A stretch of DNA of 64,000 nt from Malacoraja senta (lineage: Eukaryota), in the NCBI GenBank assembly GCA_038087875.1, contig CM075979.1, positions 12,028,001 to 12,092,000 on the forward strand, written 5' to 3'. A program made the position numbers and the translations under genes. Under the pieces are notes generated by a model. The model saw only the letters and a list, made by a program, of their open reading frames with translations. It was not told the origin of the DNA and ran no database searches. Shown piece after piece: positions 10,964 through 24,479 of this stretch. Each line of letters begins with the position of its first letter. Position 1 is the first letter of the stretch.

Positions 10964-13900
10964 ATAGTCGCCTGGGTTGGGCGCCAGGAAGCTTGCCAGG
11001 GTTGGATTTCCCCCACCCAGACGCATACACTCACAGAGTTATTAAGTCATTGTACAGAAACTGGCTCTTTGGCCCAACTCCTCCATGCCCAACAAGATAC
11101 CTCATCTAAGCTAGTCCTATTTGCTCTTGCCAAGCCCATATTTCTCTCAGCCTTTCCTATCCATGTACCTCTCCAAATGTCTTTTAAGTGTTGTTATTGT
11201 ACCTGCCTCAACCACTTCCTCTGTCAGCTCGTTCCAGAACCCACCACCGTCAGTGTGAAAAGATTGCTCTTCAGGCTCCTATTAAATTTTTTTGCTCTCA
11301 TCTTAACCTATGCCCTCTAGTTTTTGATACCCCTATCATGGAAAAAATGACTGTGTATTCACCCAACCTATTCCCCCATGATTGTATACACCACTATCAG
11401 ATCACTCTTAGCCTCCTGCACTCCAAGGATACACACAACTACACATGCACAGACATGCACGTGAATCATTGCTGTGCAAGTAAATCACTGTTTACCTGGA
11501 ATGACAGATTGGTTCCCTTAATGATGGGAAAGGATAAGGTGAAAGGATCTCCTTCAGTTGCAGAGGAAAGGCTTGTAAAGAGGGGGATTGTTGGCTAAAG
11601 ACCCAGGATAGGAACAATCCCTTTAAAATGCTGAAAGGGGAGGAAATGACGTGCCTGTTGGTGGTAGCTTGTTGGTGTTGGTGCAAATTTCGGAAGATGA
11701 TCTGTTGAAAGCGAAGGGCAGTGGGGTGGAAGGTTTGGATGAGGGGAGTGGATAAGATGACGAGTATTTAATTGTCATATCGACTGGCAACGGAACGGTT
11801 AAATTCATACTTGCTGCAGCTTAACAGGCTCGTAAAATGCAATAACACAGTTAAATATACAATAATCAATAATGCACTGAAGTAATAACCATAATATTAG
11901 ATAATCATAATAGTGCAAAACGGAAGTCCTTAGTGCAACTGAGGGACAGTCCATGAGACATAATTGTTGCTGAGGTTATGGTTGTGCAGAGTTCAAGAGT
12001 CTGATGTTTGCTGGGAAGAACCTTTAGACTTGTGGACTTTGGACTTTAGAGATACAGAACAGAAACAGGCCCTTCAGCCCACCGAGTCCGCACAGACCAG
12101 TGATCACCCCGTCCACTAGCACTATCCTACACACTCGGGACAATTTACAATTTTACCGAAGCAAATTAACCTGGTGGGCACGGTTTGCAGACTCTTGTAC
12201 CTTCTTCCCGATGGGAGTAGTGAGATGAGAGTGAAGGAACCAGGGTGGTGTGTGTCTTGCCTTTTTGAATAAATCATTTAGTGGCTGATTCTAATACCAA
12301 TGTAATTAACCGGATCCAAATAATGCAGCATTTAAAAAACATATAAGTTTAAATAAAAACAACCAGAGAAGAGCAGTAAATAGCTGAGAAAAACAGACTT
12401 TCCATATTTTATCAGACTAAATATTACTGCCTTCCTGCAGTGATTTATGAGGGTCCAGTTTCAGCTCATGGTCAAAGCCCTGGACAGCAAGTTAAGTGTA
12501 AGGTCGTTAAGAAAAGGCTACTGTCTTCCCATAATAAAGTTAAGTTAACATTTGATTTTCAAAATAAGAGTTCAGTTACTATTATGAAATACATGCCTTT
12601 CAATCATTTAATTCTATTTAAATTTTATTTGAATTAGAACTTCAAGTTACCGGAAAAAAATGTGGAGTTTTTTTTAAAGCGACAGAGTATTTTGATTTTT
12701 TTTTTTAAGTTGCTGGAGTAATTCAGTGGAGCAAGCGACATCTATGTAGGGAAAGGACAGTCAATGTTTCAGGTCGGAATTTTTCTTCCATACAATTCAG
12801 TCAGGATTCTTTCTCTAAATCTATGGGTCTCTGGTTATTTTTTCTGGTTTTTGATTTATTACAATCTTAATTTTATCATTCTGAATTTATGAGTACTTTA
12901 TTTGGAGTGTAATGAGGAGGAAATTACAGGAAGTTAGGAGGCTGCTTTACTATTGATAGTTTAATGGATTTATAAAGCCTGTCCAAGTTCTCGACAAAGA
13001 ATAAATGAACTGTTGTATTGGTGAATCCACATTTAAGAAGGACCACAGGGGGAACATTTTCATTCAGAGGATAGTCGATATCTGGAAGGCACTGCCTGCA
13101 GATACTATACAAGCAGAATTTTGAAAGATATTTGGAGGGATATATGGATAGGAAGGGTTTAGAAGGATATGAGCCTAATACAGGCACAGCCCACAATACC
13201 AACTTGGTTGGCATGGACAAGGTGAGCTGAAGGGTATGTTGCTGAGCTGTGCAGCTCCATGAATCTGACATGTAAACTCTAATGACTCTTTGCTATGGTT
13301 TAGACAATGGGAACCCACCCATCTGGATCCAGCACCAGCCACAGCACCAAGATGTTTGTTGGAGAGCTCCAATCTTGTCCAGGCTCTGAGAAGAATGTTG
13401 CTAACGGTAAGGACTTCAGGACTGACAAAATCCCCATTAAGCTCCAGGTTTCTGAGGTCCAACTGTCCTGCTCCACTTCCCTGTGCTTCTGCATTAGAAT
13501 ATTACATGTGGCAGCCTCACATCCTCTCATGTCAACAGGGAGCGCGGTGTTCCAATTGTAGTTGGTCATTTGGAATGGATGGCAGTAGGAGTTGTAAGTA
13601 TGAACAGATAATGAACAGATAATGAACTGCTGGAGGAACTCAGCAAGTCAGGCAGCAATCTCAACCCAAAAATTCCGACCATCCCTCTGCTTCCACAGAT
13701 ACTGCCTGACCTGCTGAGTGCCTCCAGGAGTTTGTTTTGTTCCCCCAAAATCAACATAGCACAGCAACAGGCCCTTCGGCCCACAATGTCTGTGCCGAAC
13801 ACCTGCAGTTCTGTCACTGCAGTCTATTGTGTCGCCTAAGTATGAACACATCTATTTTACAAGCATAGCTTTCCCTCCTTGTTGATTATTGTCAATGTTG

Positions 13901-15834
13901 TCATTAGTAATGTGATGTAGGTCACAAAACACCCCCATGATTCAGCCCTGTGTCAAAAGGTCATTGGTTTAAGCGCACCAAGATCTTGAGTATAACTTGT
14001 AGACTGTTACTTCTACTGCTAGTTCGCCCTGACGTTCAGCCCAACATATCCAGCCTCTCCTCAATACTGAACTGCTCCATCCTAGGCCAGGCCTACTGAA
14101 TCTCCACTGCACCCTGTCAGTACAATCACGTCCTGACCACAGTGTGCCAACCAGACTGCATGAGGTCTGCAGTGGCGCAACCAATGATTTATAGAGCTAT
14201 ACCTTGACCTCTGAGCTCTTATATTTGGTGCCCCGGTAAATCTGGGCGATAGTTTCGATGTTTTCTTAGCCATCTCATCAACCTGTGGTTCCACTTTCAG
14301 AGATCCATGAGCACGTATGCCGATGTCCCTCTGGTCCTCAATATTCCCCAAGTTCCTGCCCATATTGGGACAGATATATGTATTGGAAGGGTTCAGATGC
14401 AATGGGCCAAAAGCAGAAAAAGGGGACTAGCCAAATATGCCACTGGTCCTGTTTCCGTGCAGTACGGCTCTGTGGCTCTGTGGCACCTAATTCTTCCAAA
14501 AATGTACCACCTCACAATTTTTAGGATAAAGTTTCCATCTGCAAATGTTCTGCCCATCTTCCCAACTAATCAATATCTTGCTGCAGCCAGAGACTACCTT
14601 CCTCACCATCAACAACTTCATGTCATCTTGCTAATCAGAGCTTGTACATTCACATCCAAATCATTACCCTTTTCAACAAACATTAATAGTCCCAGCATTG
14701 ATCCCTGCAGAATACCACTGTTCCCAGCATTCTGATCACAAAACAACATCCAAACAGTACTCTTCGTCTCCAGTTTTGGATCCAGTTTGCCACCTTGCCC
14801 TGTGGGCTCCAACTGTTAGATCAGTCTCCCGTGTGGGATTTTGTCAGTCGTTTCACTGATGTCCACGTGGACTGCATCAACTGTATTGCCCTCAGCAATA
14901 CGCCTTGTTACCTTTTCCTGCAGAAATTCAGTCCCACCTCTGGCGGAAGGAGGCTGAGGGGTGACCTTAATGAGGCACAAGATCATGAGTGGTATAGATA
15001 AAGTGAATGCTCACAATCTCTTTCCCAGGGTAGAGAAATCTAAAACTAGAGGACATCTTCTACAAGAAGGTTCTTAAAAGAACAGTAGGGTGGAGACAGT
15101 TAAGTTTGAACCCCTTACCCATCCAATGCCTCACCAAAGTTACACTTGCCTTTCATTCCACGGGAATTTTATCATGTTTTAGTATGCATTTGTGTCTAAT
15201 TTTTTTCCCTCTGGTCAATGTATCAAGCACTGCCCCTTAGTCACCTTCTAACAAAAGCACTCGATGAATTGTCAGCTCATCCGCGCAGGACATTCACGTT
15301 CAACAAGTGGACAGTTGTTCCAGAAATAACCGGGTTTATGGGAAGAAAGCTGTCTCTGGTACTGGGACTGGGCTGAGCCACGACAAACAGCTTGCCCTGA
15401 CCGCTCACTGACTTCAGAGGTTCAAAGAATTCAAGTGTGGTACAGCTGTAGTCGTGAGGAATGAACTCCATTTTAACTCCTTGCTACCTTCACCCCGAGG
15501 GAGATGAAAAATACAAGTGAGGAACAGCAGGAGCCACTCAGACCCTCTGCCCACCATTAACTAGATCGTCACTCATTGTTACCTCAGTTCCACATTCCCG
15601 CCTACCGCTCATAACCTTTCACTCCTTTGCTTTTCAAATATTTAATCACTTATGCCATAAAAATATTCACTCTGTTTCCACTGCCCATTGAGGAAAGGTT
15701 GTGGAAGCAGACTTGAGGGAAAAATCTCTCTGAGTGAAAACTTAAATGGGCATCTCCTTATTTTTGAACAGAGACTCCACAAGAGGAAACAGTAGTGGGA
15801 GAGTCTATGACCAGGGGGAAAATCTCAGAACAAA

Positions 15835-16220
15835 AACGTACAAAATTCTTATGGGGTTGGACAGGCTAGATGCAGGAAGATTGTTCCCGATGTTGGGGGA
15901 AGTCCAGGACAAGGGGTCACAGCTTAAGGATAAGGGGGAAATCCTTTAAGACCGAGATGAGAAAAAACGTTTTCACACAGAGAGTGGTGAATCTCTGGAA
16001 CTCTCTGCCACAGAGGGTAGTTGAGGCCAGTTCATTGGCTATATTTAAGAGGGAGTTAGATGTGGCCCTTGTGGCTAAAGGGATCAGGGGGTATTGAGAG
16101 AAGGCAGGTACGGGATACTGAGTTGGATGATCAGCTATGATCATATTGAATGGCGGTGCAGGCTCGAAGGGCCGAATGGCCTATTCCTGCACCTATTTTC
16201 TATGTATCTATGTATCTAAA
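15835..16220 (+). mobile_element. Young CR1 3' fragment
   Basis: TYKILMGLDRLDAGRLFPMLG..SRTRGHSLRIRGKSF..FTQRVVNLWNSLP with CTATGTAT tail; near identical to the 38339, 45835 and 60505 copies. Confidence 0.92.
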
Positions 16221-18150
16221 AGTACATACCTTTAGGATGAAGACGAGGAGGAATTTCTTTAGTCAGAGGGTGGTGAATCTGTGGAATTAATTGCCACAGA
16301 TGATGCTGGAGGCCAAGTTATTGGTTATTTTTTAAGTAGTTTTATAGTCTGTCCATTCCCTCCTGCTGCCTGGACCGCCGAGTTCCTCAGAGGACATTAC
16401 AGGTTAGATGCTGCGATGGTGTCACAATGAACTGCAGATGCTGGTTTACAAAAAAAGACATAAAGTGCTGGAGTAACTCAGCGGGTCAGGCGGCTTCCCT
16501 GAAACGTCATCTATCCATGTTCTCCAGAGATGCTGTCTGACCCGCTGAGTAACCCACTCCAGCACTTTGTGTCTTTAGATACCGAGAAATTTCCACTTGT
16601 GGCAAAGTCTCGGCCAAGGGGACATGGTTACTATGACAGGGGTCGGTCATTTAGAACTGAGGTGGCTGGGAACTTCTCCCAGAGGGTGGTGATTGTTGTT
16701 CTCCTGCAAGTAAGAATTTCATTGTTCTGTTTTGGACACGTGACAATAGAACGCTCTTGATTCTTCTCTGGAATCCTCTCCACGGAGGGTTGTGCAAGTT
16801 GGATCTCAGGAGATTTTTAGGGGAGATAGATACATTTTTGAAAGATCGGTAAAGATGGGGCAGGCTTCATAGGCCGAGTAGCCTACTGCTCACGTTTCCT
16901 TTGTTTCTATGAGTATGGCCAGCCTATTTCTTATATTTTTATCCCGGGAATAACTTGAGTAAACTTTTTCTACACATGGCCAAGCCCATCCCATCCTTCC
17001 TAAAGTTAGATGACCAGAATTAGACACAATACTTGTTCCCGTAGATTGTAGAAAAGCTTTGATAGTTTTATGAAGACATCTGATAGACAGGAAACAGAAC
17101 ATTCTCGTGAGGTCTGTCACTGCAGAATAACTGCGGTTTCTCAAGTGGAGCAGGCTCTAGCCCTTTCAAGGCCTTTGATGTCTTTTACAATGAATTTACA
17201 CCTTCTAACTAACTGAGGTGTTAAAAATGACTCGAGGAGGTGGAGATAGTGACAGAGAGGCTGGTGTTGGGTGGCAGTTCCAGACAATGGTAATAACTTT
17301 TATAAAAGCAAAGTTCTGGAGGAACTCGGAGGGACTGGCAGCATCTGTGGAGGGAAATAGACAGAAGACATTTCGGGCCAGGATCTTTCTTCAGACTGAT
17401 TTGAGTAATGGGGAGAATGCTGGAAAAGAGCATGTCACCATTTCAATGACTTCCAATTCCTAGGTTCTCATCGCCACATCTTTACCATGGAAGTCCAGTC
17501 TCTTTACAGCTCCATTCACCACCCAGAAAGCTTCAGACCCCTACAGTTCTTCCTTGAATAAGGACCCCTGTCGGTTTGCCGCAACTGACACTCAACTAAA
17601 AATAAAACTCTTTTCCGGGCCTTTCCCTCCCTCCCCCTCCCACCACTCCAATCATCTGAAGAAGGGTCTCAATGTCATCTGTTCATTCCCTCTACAGATG
17701 CTGTCTGACCCACTGAGTTCCTCCAGCACTTTGCATAATGCTCAAGATTCCAGCACCTGCCATTTCTTGTGTCCCTGGACAGCTTTGGCATTGCAACCAT
17801 ACCAGGGGTGATGATAGGAAGCATTTCTCAGCCAGGGTGGTGGGAACTTGGAACACTTTCGCAGAATAGCTTAGAGTCTGAGAGTTGGCTTAATTATTGG
17901 TGAAACTAGGCATCAAAAAACAAACCAGTTAAACAGGGAAATAGCACATATCAAACAGTGCTTTTGTTCTAAAATATTAACCGAGAGCCTTTTAAAAAGG
18001 GATCAAAGCAGCAAAATTGTTAAAGTACAGATGACGTACTTCTGAATAATTTTCCCTATAAGTATAAAGAAACTGGACTCTGGGTCCTTGTGAAAATCTA
18101 TCAGATGCTTATCATTACCAAAAGAGGTACCATCGTTAATTAGCATCCCT

Positions 18151-18200
18151 TTGATTGGTTCCACACAGTTGCCTGGTGATTGTTGCTGTGGTTTATATAA
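18151..18200 (+). promoter_or_regulatory. Candidate Pol II promoter (inverted CCAAT box + TATA box)
   Basis: ATTGG at 18154-18158 and TATATAA at 18194-18200 in repeat-free sequence, followed by a CpG-enriched segment and splice donors. Confidence 0.4.
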
Positions 18201-18224
18201 GGCACTGGTCACAAACGATGAGGA

Positions 18225-18491
18225 ATATTGTAGAGGTTCAAGTGTCGATCGCATCCGCCACATTCCCCGACTCCTCTTCTCCCCCAAATGCATCACCATC
18301 TTCAGATGCCTCGTACGCCGGCCCTGGTGTAGGCTTCGAAAACCGGCTTCACAGACTGAACCGGTTAATCTTATTCGGGAGCAAACCTGGCGCCATGTGA
18401 GTTGCTAACGTAGAATTTGGTTCGTACAGAGGGAGCAGCCCAGCCACCATGCGAGGCAGCAGATGAAGCAAACGACAGCAGCGCTAACAGG
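18225..18491 (+). other. Candidate first exon of a + strand host transcript
   Basis: Unique CpG-enriched sequence ending at donor AGG|GTAAGG (GT 18492-18493); contains GCCACCATG. The start coordinate is estimated from the TATA position. Confidence 0.35.
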
Positions 18492-19744
18492 GTAAGGATA
18501 CTTCACGTGTAAATTGCTAGAGTTTAGAAAAGTGCTTGCCGTGCAGATTGGAATGTGCTGTTCAATATATTGAATCCAGGAGCAGAGAAGTGAAGGGGAT
18601 AATGGCTAAACACAAAGCAAAAGGCAGCTTCACAATTAAAGTGAAGTGTCCAAATGACACTCTGTGAGATGTACCATATTGACTTTAGCTTTGATAAAAA
18701 CTTCTTAGCTTTGATAAAACCATCTTGTTAGGGACAGGAAATAGGAGCAAGAGTAGGCTCTTTGGCATGTTGAACCTGCTCCACTGTTGCATGAAGTCTC
18801 GGCTGACCATGCCCTTGCATATTCCTGCCTGATCCCCTTACTGTCCAGAACTCGATTGAAGAATCACCAAAAACAGTATGACAGAAGTATCACAGAAGGC
18901 TCTGGAGGCTGTCAATGGATATTTTTAAGGTAGAGGTGGATAGATTATTGATTAGTATGGGTGTCAGGGGTTATCTGGAGAAGGCAGGAGAATGGGGTTG
19001 AGGGAAAGATAGATCAGCCATGATTGAATGACGGAGTAGACTTGATGGGCCGAATGGCCTAATTCTGCTCCCATCACTTATGAACTGATGAAAAATCAAA
19101 CACATTGATCCTACAGTCAAGAAACACAGCAACACCTATCCTTCCTCGGAATACTAAGGTAATTTGGCATGTCTCCAATGACCCTTACTAACTTCTAGCT
19201 TCCTATTGGGTTGTATCAGTTTGGTATGGAAACTACTCTGCCTAAGAACACAAGAAATTGCAGAGTTGTGGATGTAGCCCAGTCCATCACGTAAACCAGC
19301 CTCCCCACCATCGACCCCACCTGCACTTCACGCTGCAAAAACACAGCCAAATAATTGAGCATCCCTCACTCCCACATCACTCACTTATCTCCTCTCTCCC
19401 ATCGGGCCGAAGGTACAAAAGCTTCAAAACACTTGCCACCAGCTTTGTCCCCACCGTTATTACACCACTGAACAGACTTCTTATAAACTAAGGATGAATT
19501 CCTGATCCCCCAATCTACCTTGTTATAGCCCTTGCACTTTTTTTTGCTGCACTTTCTATGTAGCTTGTCCTCTGTGGAGGACAGAGGTATGTGTTAGAAT
19601 GTTCACAGCACTTTCTGGCTGCTGCACTGCAAAGACAAGGCAATGTTGTTTACGTGTGATGTGATTAATGGCTTTGTGTCCGTGACGTTTCTGCACATTA
19701 CATGAAACGGCTACCCAGTGCCGCTTTGCGTTGGCTGTTAGCGT

Positions 19745-19843
19745 TCTCCCTCTGCCTCCCTCTGCCTCTCTCTGCCTCTCTCTGCTTCTCTGTTTATCTC
19801 TGTTTATCTCTGTCTCTCTCTGTCTCTTTCTGTCTCTTTCTGT
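19745..19843. repeat. CT-rich simple repeat abutting gap
   Basis: TCTCTG/TCTCTTTCTG iterations. Confidence 0.9.
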
Positions 19844-20445
19844 NNNNNNNNNNNNNNNNNNNNNNNNNNNNNNNNNNNNNNNNNNNNNNNNNNNNNNNNN
19901 NNNNNNNNNNNNNNNNNNNNNNNNNNNNNNNNNNNNNNNNNNNNNNNNNNNNNNNNNNNNNNNNNNNNNNNNNNNNNNNNNNNNNNNNNNNNNNNNNNNN
20001 NNNNNNNNNNNNNNNNNNNNNNNNNNNNNNNNNNNNNNNNNNNNNNNNNNNNNNNNNNNNNNNNNNNNNNNNNNNNNNNNNNNNNNNNNNNNNNNNNNNN
20101 NNNNNNNNNNNNNNNNNNNNNNNNNNNNNNNNNNNNNNNNNNNNNNNNNNNNNNNNNNNNNNNNNNNNNNNNNNNNNNNNNNNNNNNNNNNNNNNNNNNN
20201 NNNNNNNNNNNNNNNNNNNNNNNNNNNNNNNNNNNNNNNNNNNNNNNNNNNNNNNNNNNNNNNNNNNNNNNNNNNNNNNNNNNNNNNNNNNNNNNNNNNN
20301 NNNNNNNNNNNNNNNNNNNNNNNNNNNNNNNNNNNNNNNNNNNNNNNNNNNNNNNNNNNNNNNNNNNNNNNNNNNNNNNNNNNNNNNNNNNNNNNNNNNN
20401 NNNNNNNNNNNNNNNNNNNNNNNNNNNNNNNNNNNNNNNNNNNNN
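19844..20445. other. Assembly gap (602 N)
   Basis: Run of N. Confidence 0.99.
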
Positions 20446-21267
20446 GTTTGAGGAAGAGGGATCCTTGTGTATTTTGGTCAATAATAGTCATGGAGCTGTA
20501 AAGCACGGTAGCAGCCCTTCGGCTTACCTTGTTCATGCCGACCAAGTTCTCATATTGAGTTAGTCCCATTTGCCTGCATTCTGCCCATATCCCTCCTAAA
20601 CCTTTCCGATATATATATATATATGTCAAAATATCTTTCAAAGTCATAATTGTATCTGCTTCTCTGCTTCCTCTGGCAGCATATTCTAGATACAAACTAT
20701 CCTCTGACTAAATATATTGCCCCTGAGGTCCCTCTTAAATATCTCCCCTCTCACCTTAAGCCGATGTCCTGTAGTTTAAGAATCCTTCACCCTGGGGATA
20801 AAGACTAGGACCATGCCCCTCACAATCTCATACACTTCAATAAGGTCACCCCTCAGCCTCTAACGATCCAAAGAATAAGGCCTGAGCCTATCCAGCATCA
20901 GTCTGTGTCCATTTCCTTGGCCTCTGGTTGCAGACACGTAGGACTCTCCCACTCCATATCATTTGTCATTCTAAACCACAGCCTCCTATCAATCGTCCGA
21001 CAGCTTGTGAAATATGAATAATTTATACAGTATAATCTAAATATAGTCAGATACAGAAAGTAAAACTGCCTTTGACTTTGCAGTGGCTTAATGAGCTGCG
21101 TGGAACTGTGGCTCACACATCCATCGATCTTTCGACCGAGGGAATCGGGGGACATGGTTGTTGGGTGGGCCAGCGAACCACCGATCGGGAGCTGTGATCT
21201 AGTTCCATGGTGGAGCAGCACAGCACAGAAACAGAGGGTAGTCCATACTTGGAATAGGCTGCCGGAG

Positions 21268-21570
21268 GCGGCACAGTGACGCAGCAGTTAGAGCTGCTGC
21301 CTCACAGCGCCAGAGACTCGTGTTCAATCCTGACCTTTGGTGCTGTCTGTGTGGAGTTTGCACGTTCTCCCTGTGATGCCGCGGCTTTCCTCTGGGTGCT
21401 CCGCCTCCATCCCACATGGCAAAACCTGTGGATTTGCCGGGTTAATTAGCCTCTGTAAATTGTCCCGAGTGTGTGTCGGGAATGGATGCCAAAGTGGGAT
21501 AAACAGCTAGTTTGCACGGGAGGTCGGTGGTTGGCGGGACTGTTTGCTTGCTGGATCTTTCAATCAATCA
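21268..21570 (+). mobile_element. tRNA-derived V-SINE (older subfamily)
   Basis: GCGGCACAGTGACGCAGCAGTTAGAGCTGCTGCCTCACAGCGCCAGAGAC..GTTCAATCC head; V-domain GTTTGCACGTTCTCCCTGTG; TCAA tail. Confidence 0.8.
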
Positions 21571-21814
21571 ACGGAAGCTGATAACTGTTCGGAATGAGGC
21601 AAATTTTCAAGAAGGAGTTCTGTGGGTGCCAGAAATAAGTATTTGGAGAGGGGCGGTCAGCATGGATTCGTGAGGTGGGGACTGAGTCTGTGTACGAGAG
21701 GAGTGTGCTGTGAGGCTGTTTTCAATCAATGTTTAGCAGGGTCGAAGGGAGCTGAGGAAAAGCTGTCCCACTGAGCCATGTGCAGGAGGGAACTCCAGAT
21801 GGTGGTTTACACCG

Positions 21815-21968
21815 AAGGTAGACGCAAAACCGTGGAGTAACTCAGTGGGACAGGCAGCATCTCTGGAGAGAAGGAATGGGTGACGTTTCGACCCGAAACA
21901 TCACCCATTCCTTCTCTCCAGAGATGCTGCCTGTCCTGCTGAGTTACTCCACGATTTTCTATCTACCT
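21815..21968. mobile_element. Penelope-derived palindrome (inverted pLTR pair)
   Basis: Imperfect inverted arms of about 70 bp centred on GTTTCGACCCGAAAC. Similar hairpins lie at about 3425-3600, 13625-13735, 16455-16578, 26160-26340, 33131-33235, 43498-43680, 45340-45500 and 47865-48035. Confidence 0.75.
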
Positions 21969-22723
21969 CCACTGAACCAGTTGTTTGGGTGTGTAAGCCG
22001 GAAGAGATGCCAGAGGTAGGAACACTCCTTTGGCTGAGCACCTACCTGAAGGAGCAGGGGAACTATAGACCGGGAGCTCTGCCAATGAGCATGGGCTAGA
22101 GGGGCCGAGAGGCCTGTTTTTGCGTGCTTAAGCGATTGATTTCCACAGTCAAAAGCCAAGAGAGTTTAATTGTCCTATATACCAACAACGGAACAATGAT
22201 ATTCTTACTTGCTGCAGGCCCGTAAAACCCAATAAACACACAGATAAATATATAATAATCAATTGTACGATTAATTACCAACTCCAATTCTAGGTAACCA
22301 TAACAATGCCAAGCTGAAGTCCGTAGGGCCATCAAAGACGATCACAGTTGTTATCAGAGGTTGGTCATGTGGAGTGTTCAAGAACTTGGGAAGAAGCTGT
22401 TCCTGAACCTGGGAGTCAAGGTTTTCAGGCTACTGTACCTTCCTCCCGATGGTAGTAGTGAGGTGAGAGTGTAGCCGGGGTGGTGTGGATCTTTGATGAT
22501 ATCGGTTGCCTATTTGGGCAACGTCTCCAATGGTGGTGAGGTCAATACCTGTGATGGACCAGGCAATATCTACCACTCTCTGTAGTCTCCTTCGTTCCTG
22601 GGTGTTGGAGTTGCCAAACTGGCAGTGTACCAGTTAGTGTGTCTCTTAGCTGTGCCTCTCTAACTGGGCAGCGCTCCATCGGTTGCTTGACCTGCTTTCC
22701 AACAAGTTGCTGCTCCTCAGAAA

Positions 22724-23063
22724 GTCCACCACAGACTGGTGTCCAGCACAGACTGGTGTCCAGCACAGACTGGTGTCCAGCACAGACTGGTGTCCAGCAC
22801 AGACTGGTGTCCAGCACAGACCGGTGTCCAGCACAGACCGGTGTCCAGCACAGTCTACTGTCCACCACAGTCTACTGTCCACCACAGACTGGTGTCCACC
22901 ACAGACTGGTGTCCAGCACAGACCGGTGTCCACCACAGTCTACTGTCCACCACAGTCTACTGTCCACCACAGACTGGTGTCCAGCACAGACCGGTGTCCA
23001 CCACAGTCTACTGTCCACCACAGTCTACTGTCCACCACAGTCTACTGTCCACCACAGACAGGT
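22724..23063. repeat. Minisatellite, 20 x 17 bp, GTCCA(G/C)CACAG(ACTGGT/ACCGGT/TCTACT)
   Basis: 340 bp parses exactly into 20 gap-free 17-mers with a few recurring variants. Confidence 0.95.
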
Positions 23064-23724
23064 GTGAGCCTTGGGACATCCTGAGGACAGGGGTACGTGC
23101 CCTTCCCTCCCTCCTGGTGTGCATGTTCCAGGGAGCCTGGGGTGGAGTGCGTGCTCCTGTAGGCCTGGATCTAGCTGTTGTCATTGACCCCAGCATCTGC
23201 TGGGAGCAGGGGGAGTACAAATGATGAAGGGCTATGTTGGGGAATGGGGGGTGGGGGGGGGGGGGGAGGGAAGGGGAGGTCAATGATTTTGCCGGTAACC
23301 ATGTTGCAGTCCTGCACTTGGGGAGTGGGGATTTGAGGTCGCCTGTTACAGTGCCACTGGTCGGTACCCCTGACGTCACCCATTCCAGCAACTTTTACTT
23401 CCACAACACGGGGAAATTCTCATTCATGCTTTAGTATTTATCTTCAAAGATGCAAAGTTTAACAAAGTTCCTTTAGAAAGTTTTGTGGGGTCGGCCCAGA
23501 GGCAGGCGGGGAGGGGGGAAAAAGAGTGAGTGATATCTCGAAAACATTTGAAAGAGAGGAGAGACACGGGGAGAAATGGGGAAGAATGTGATTTTGGGGG
23601 ACAATAGAGGGGATGGGGAGGGAAATAGAAGGACTGCGTGTGCAAGAGAGAGAGGGAAAGAAAGGGAGAATATGATATGGGGGAGAAAGGAGGGGAAGGA
23701 GATGGAGGGACTGTATGTGTGTGA

Positions 23725-23746
23725 GAGTGAGAGAGAGAGAGAGGGG

Positions 23747-23790
<44 letters not shown>

Positions 23791-23792
23791 GA
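23725..23792. repeat. (GA)n microsatellite (second tract at about 24108-24142)
   Basis: Direct reading. Confidence 0.95.
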
Positions 23793-24109
23793 GCATGAAC
23801 AGGACCAGATGGAACATTGTCCATAAATGGTAAAAGCTCCCAAGAGTGAGAGAGAGGCTGGGCTCAGAATAGCAGGAATTATCCCGTCAGTCCGTCCTGA
23901 GTCTGTGTTTGGGGGATCCATATAACTAGATCTGAGCACTTGGACCCTGCCGACTGTGTACAGAATCCTTCTTGTGGCTTTTGCCCCCGAACAAGGTACA
24001 GTACCGTTGTCTGAAGTTGAAAACATCAGTCGGAGGAATGCTGCTGCAGCTTTTAAAGATAGCATCTTGCCGACGCAGTTAATTAACTGTATGCAGTAGT
24101 TTATGCTGC

Positions 24110-24143
<34 letters not shown>

Positions 24144-24479
24144 GGGTGGTTTCTCATGTAGTTTGATAGCTGTGTGTTGCGATGTTGTGATCTGCATGGA
24201 AGCTTGCACAGCCTGTTGCTGACTGACATTAACACTCGGAGTGAAAGAGTGGTCCTCGGGTACCATTCTCTTCTGTATAATCGAACCACGGGAGCGATTC
24301 GGTGCTTATCTTCATGTAAACATCTTGTTGGCAGATTAAAGGTAGACACAAAATGCTGGAGTATCTCAGCGGGACAGGCAGCATCTCTGGAGAGAAGGAA
24401 TGGGTGACATCTTCGTCACCCTTCGCTCCCTTCCCTTGTTGGCAGATGACTTCTGTCCTTACCAGTTCAGTGCAGAGGA

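Noticed and set aside
19556-20695. Long ORFs at 19556-20695, 19702-20451, 19731-20501, 19804-20481 and 7672-8148
   Set aside because: They are artefacts of reading through N-gaps and simple repeats.
22724-23063. CRISPR array or Cys-rich protein ORFs in the 17-bp repeat
   Set aside because: Units are contiguous with no unique spacers, there are no cas genes, and the context is eukaryotic. The ORFs arise because the unit lacks + strand stops.
23424-24266. 280-aa ORF on the - strand
   Set aside because: Driven by (CT)n microsatellites (SLSLSL); no recognisable domain.
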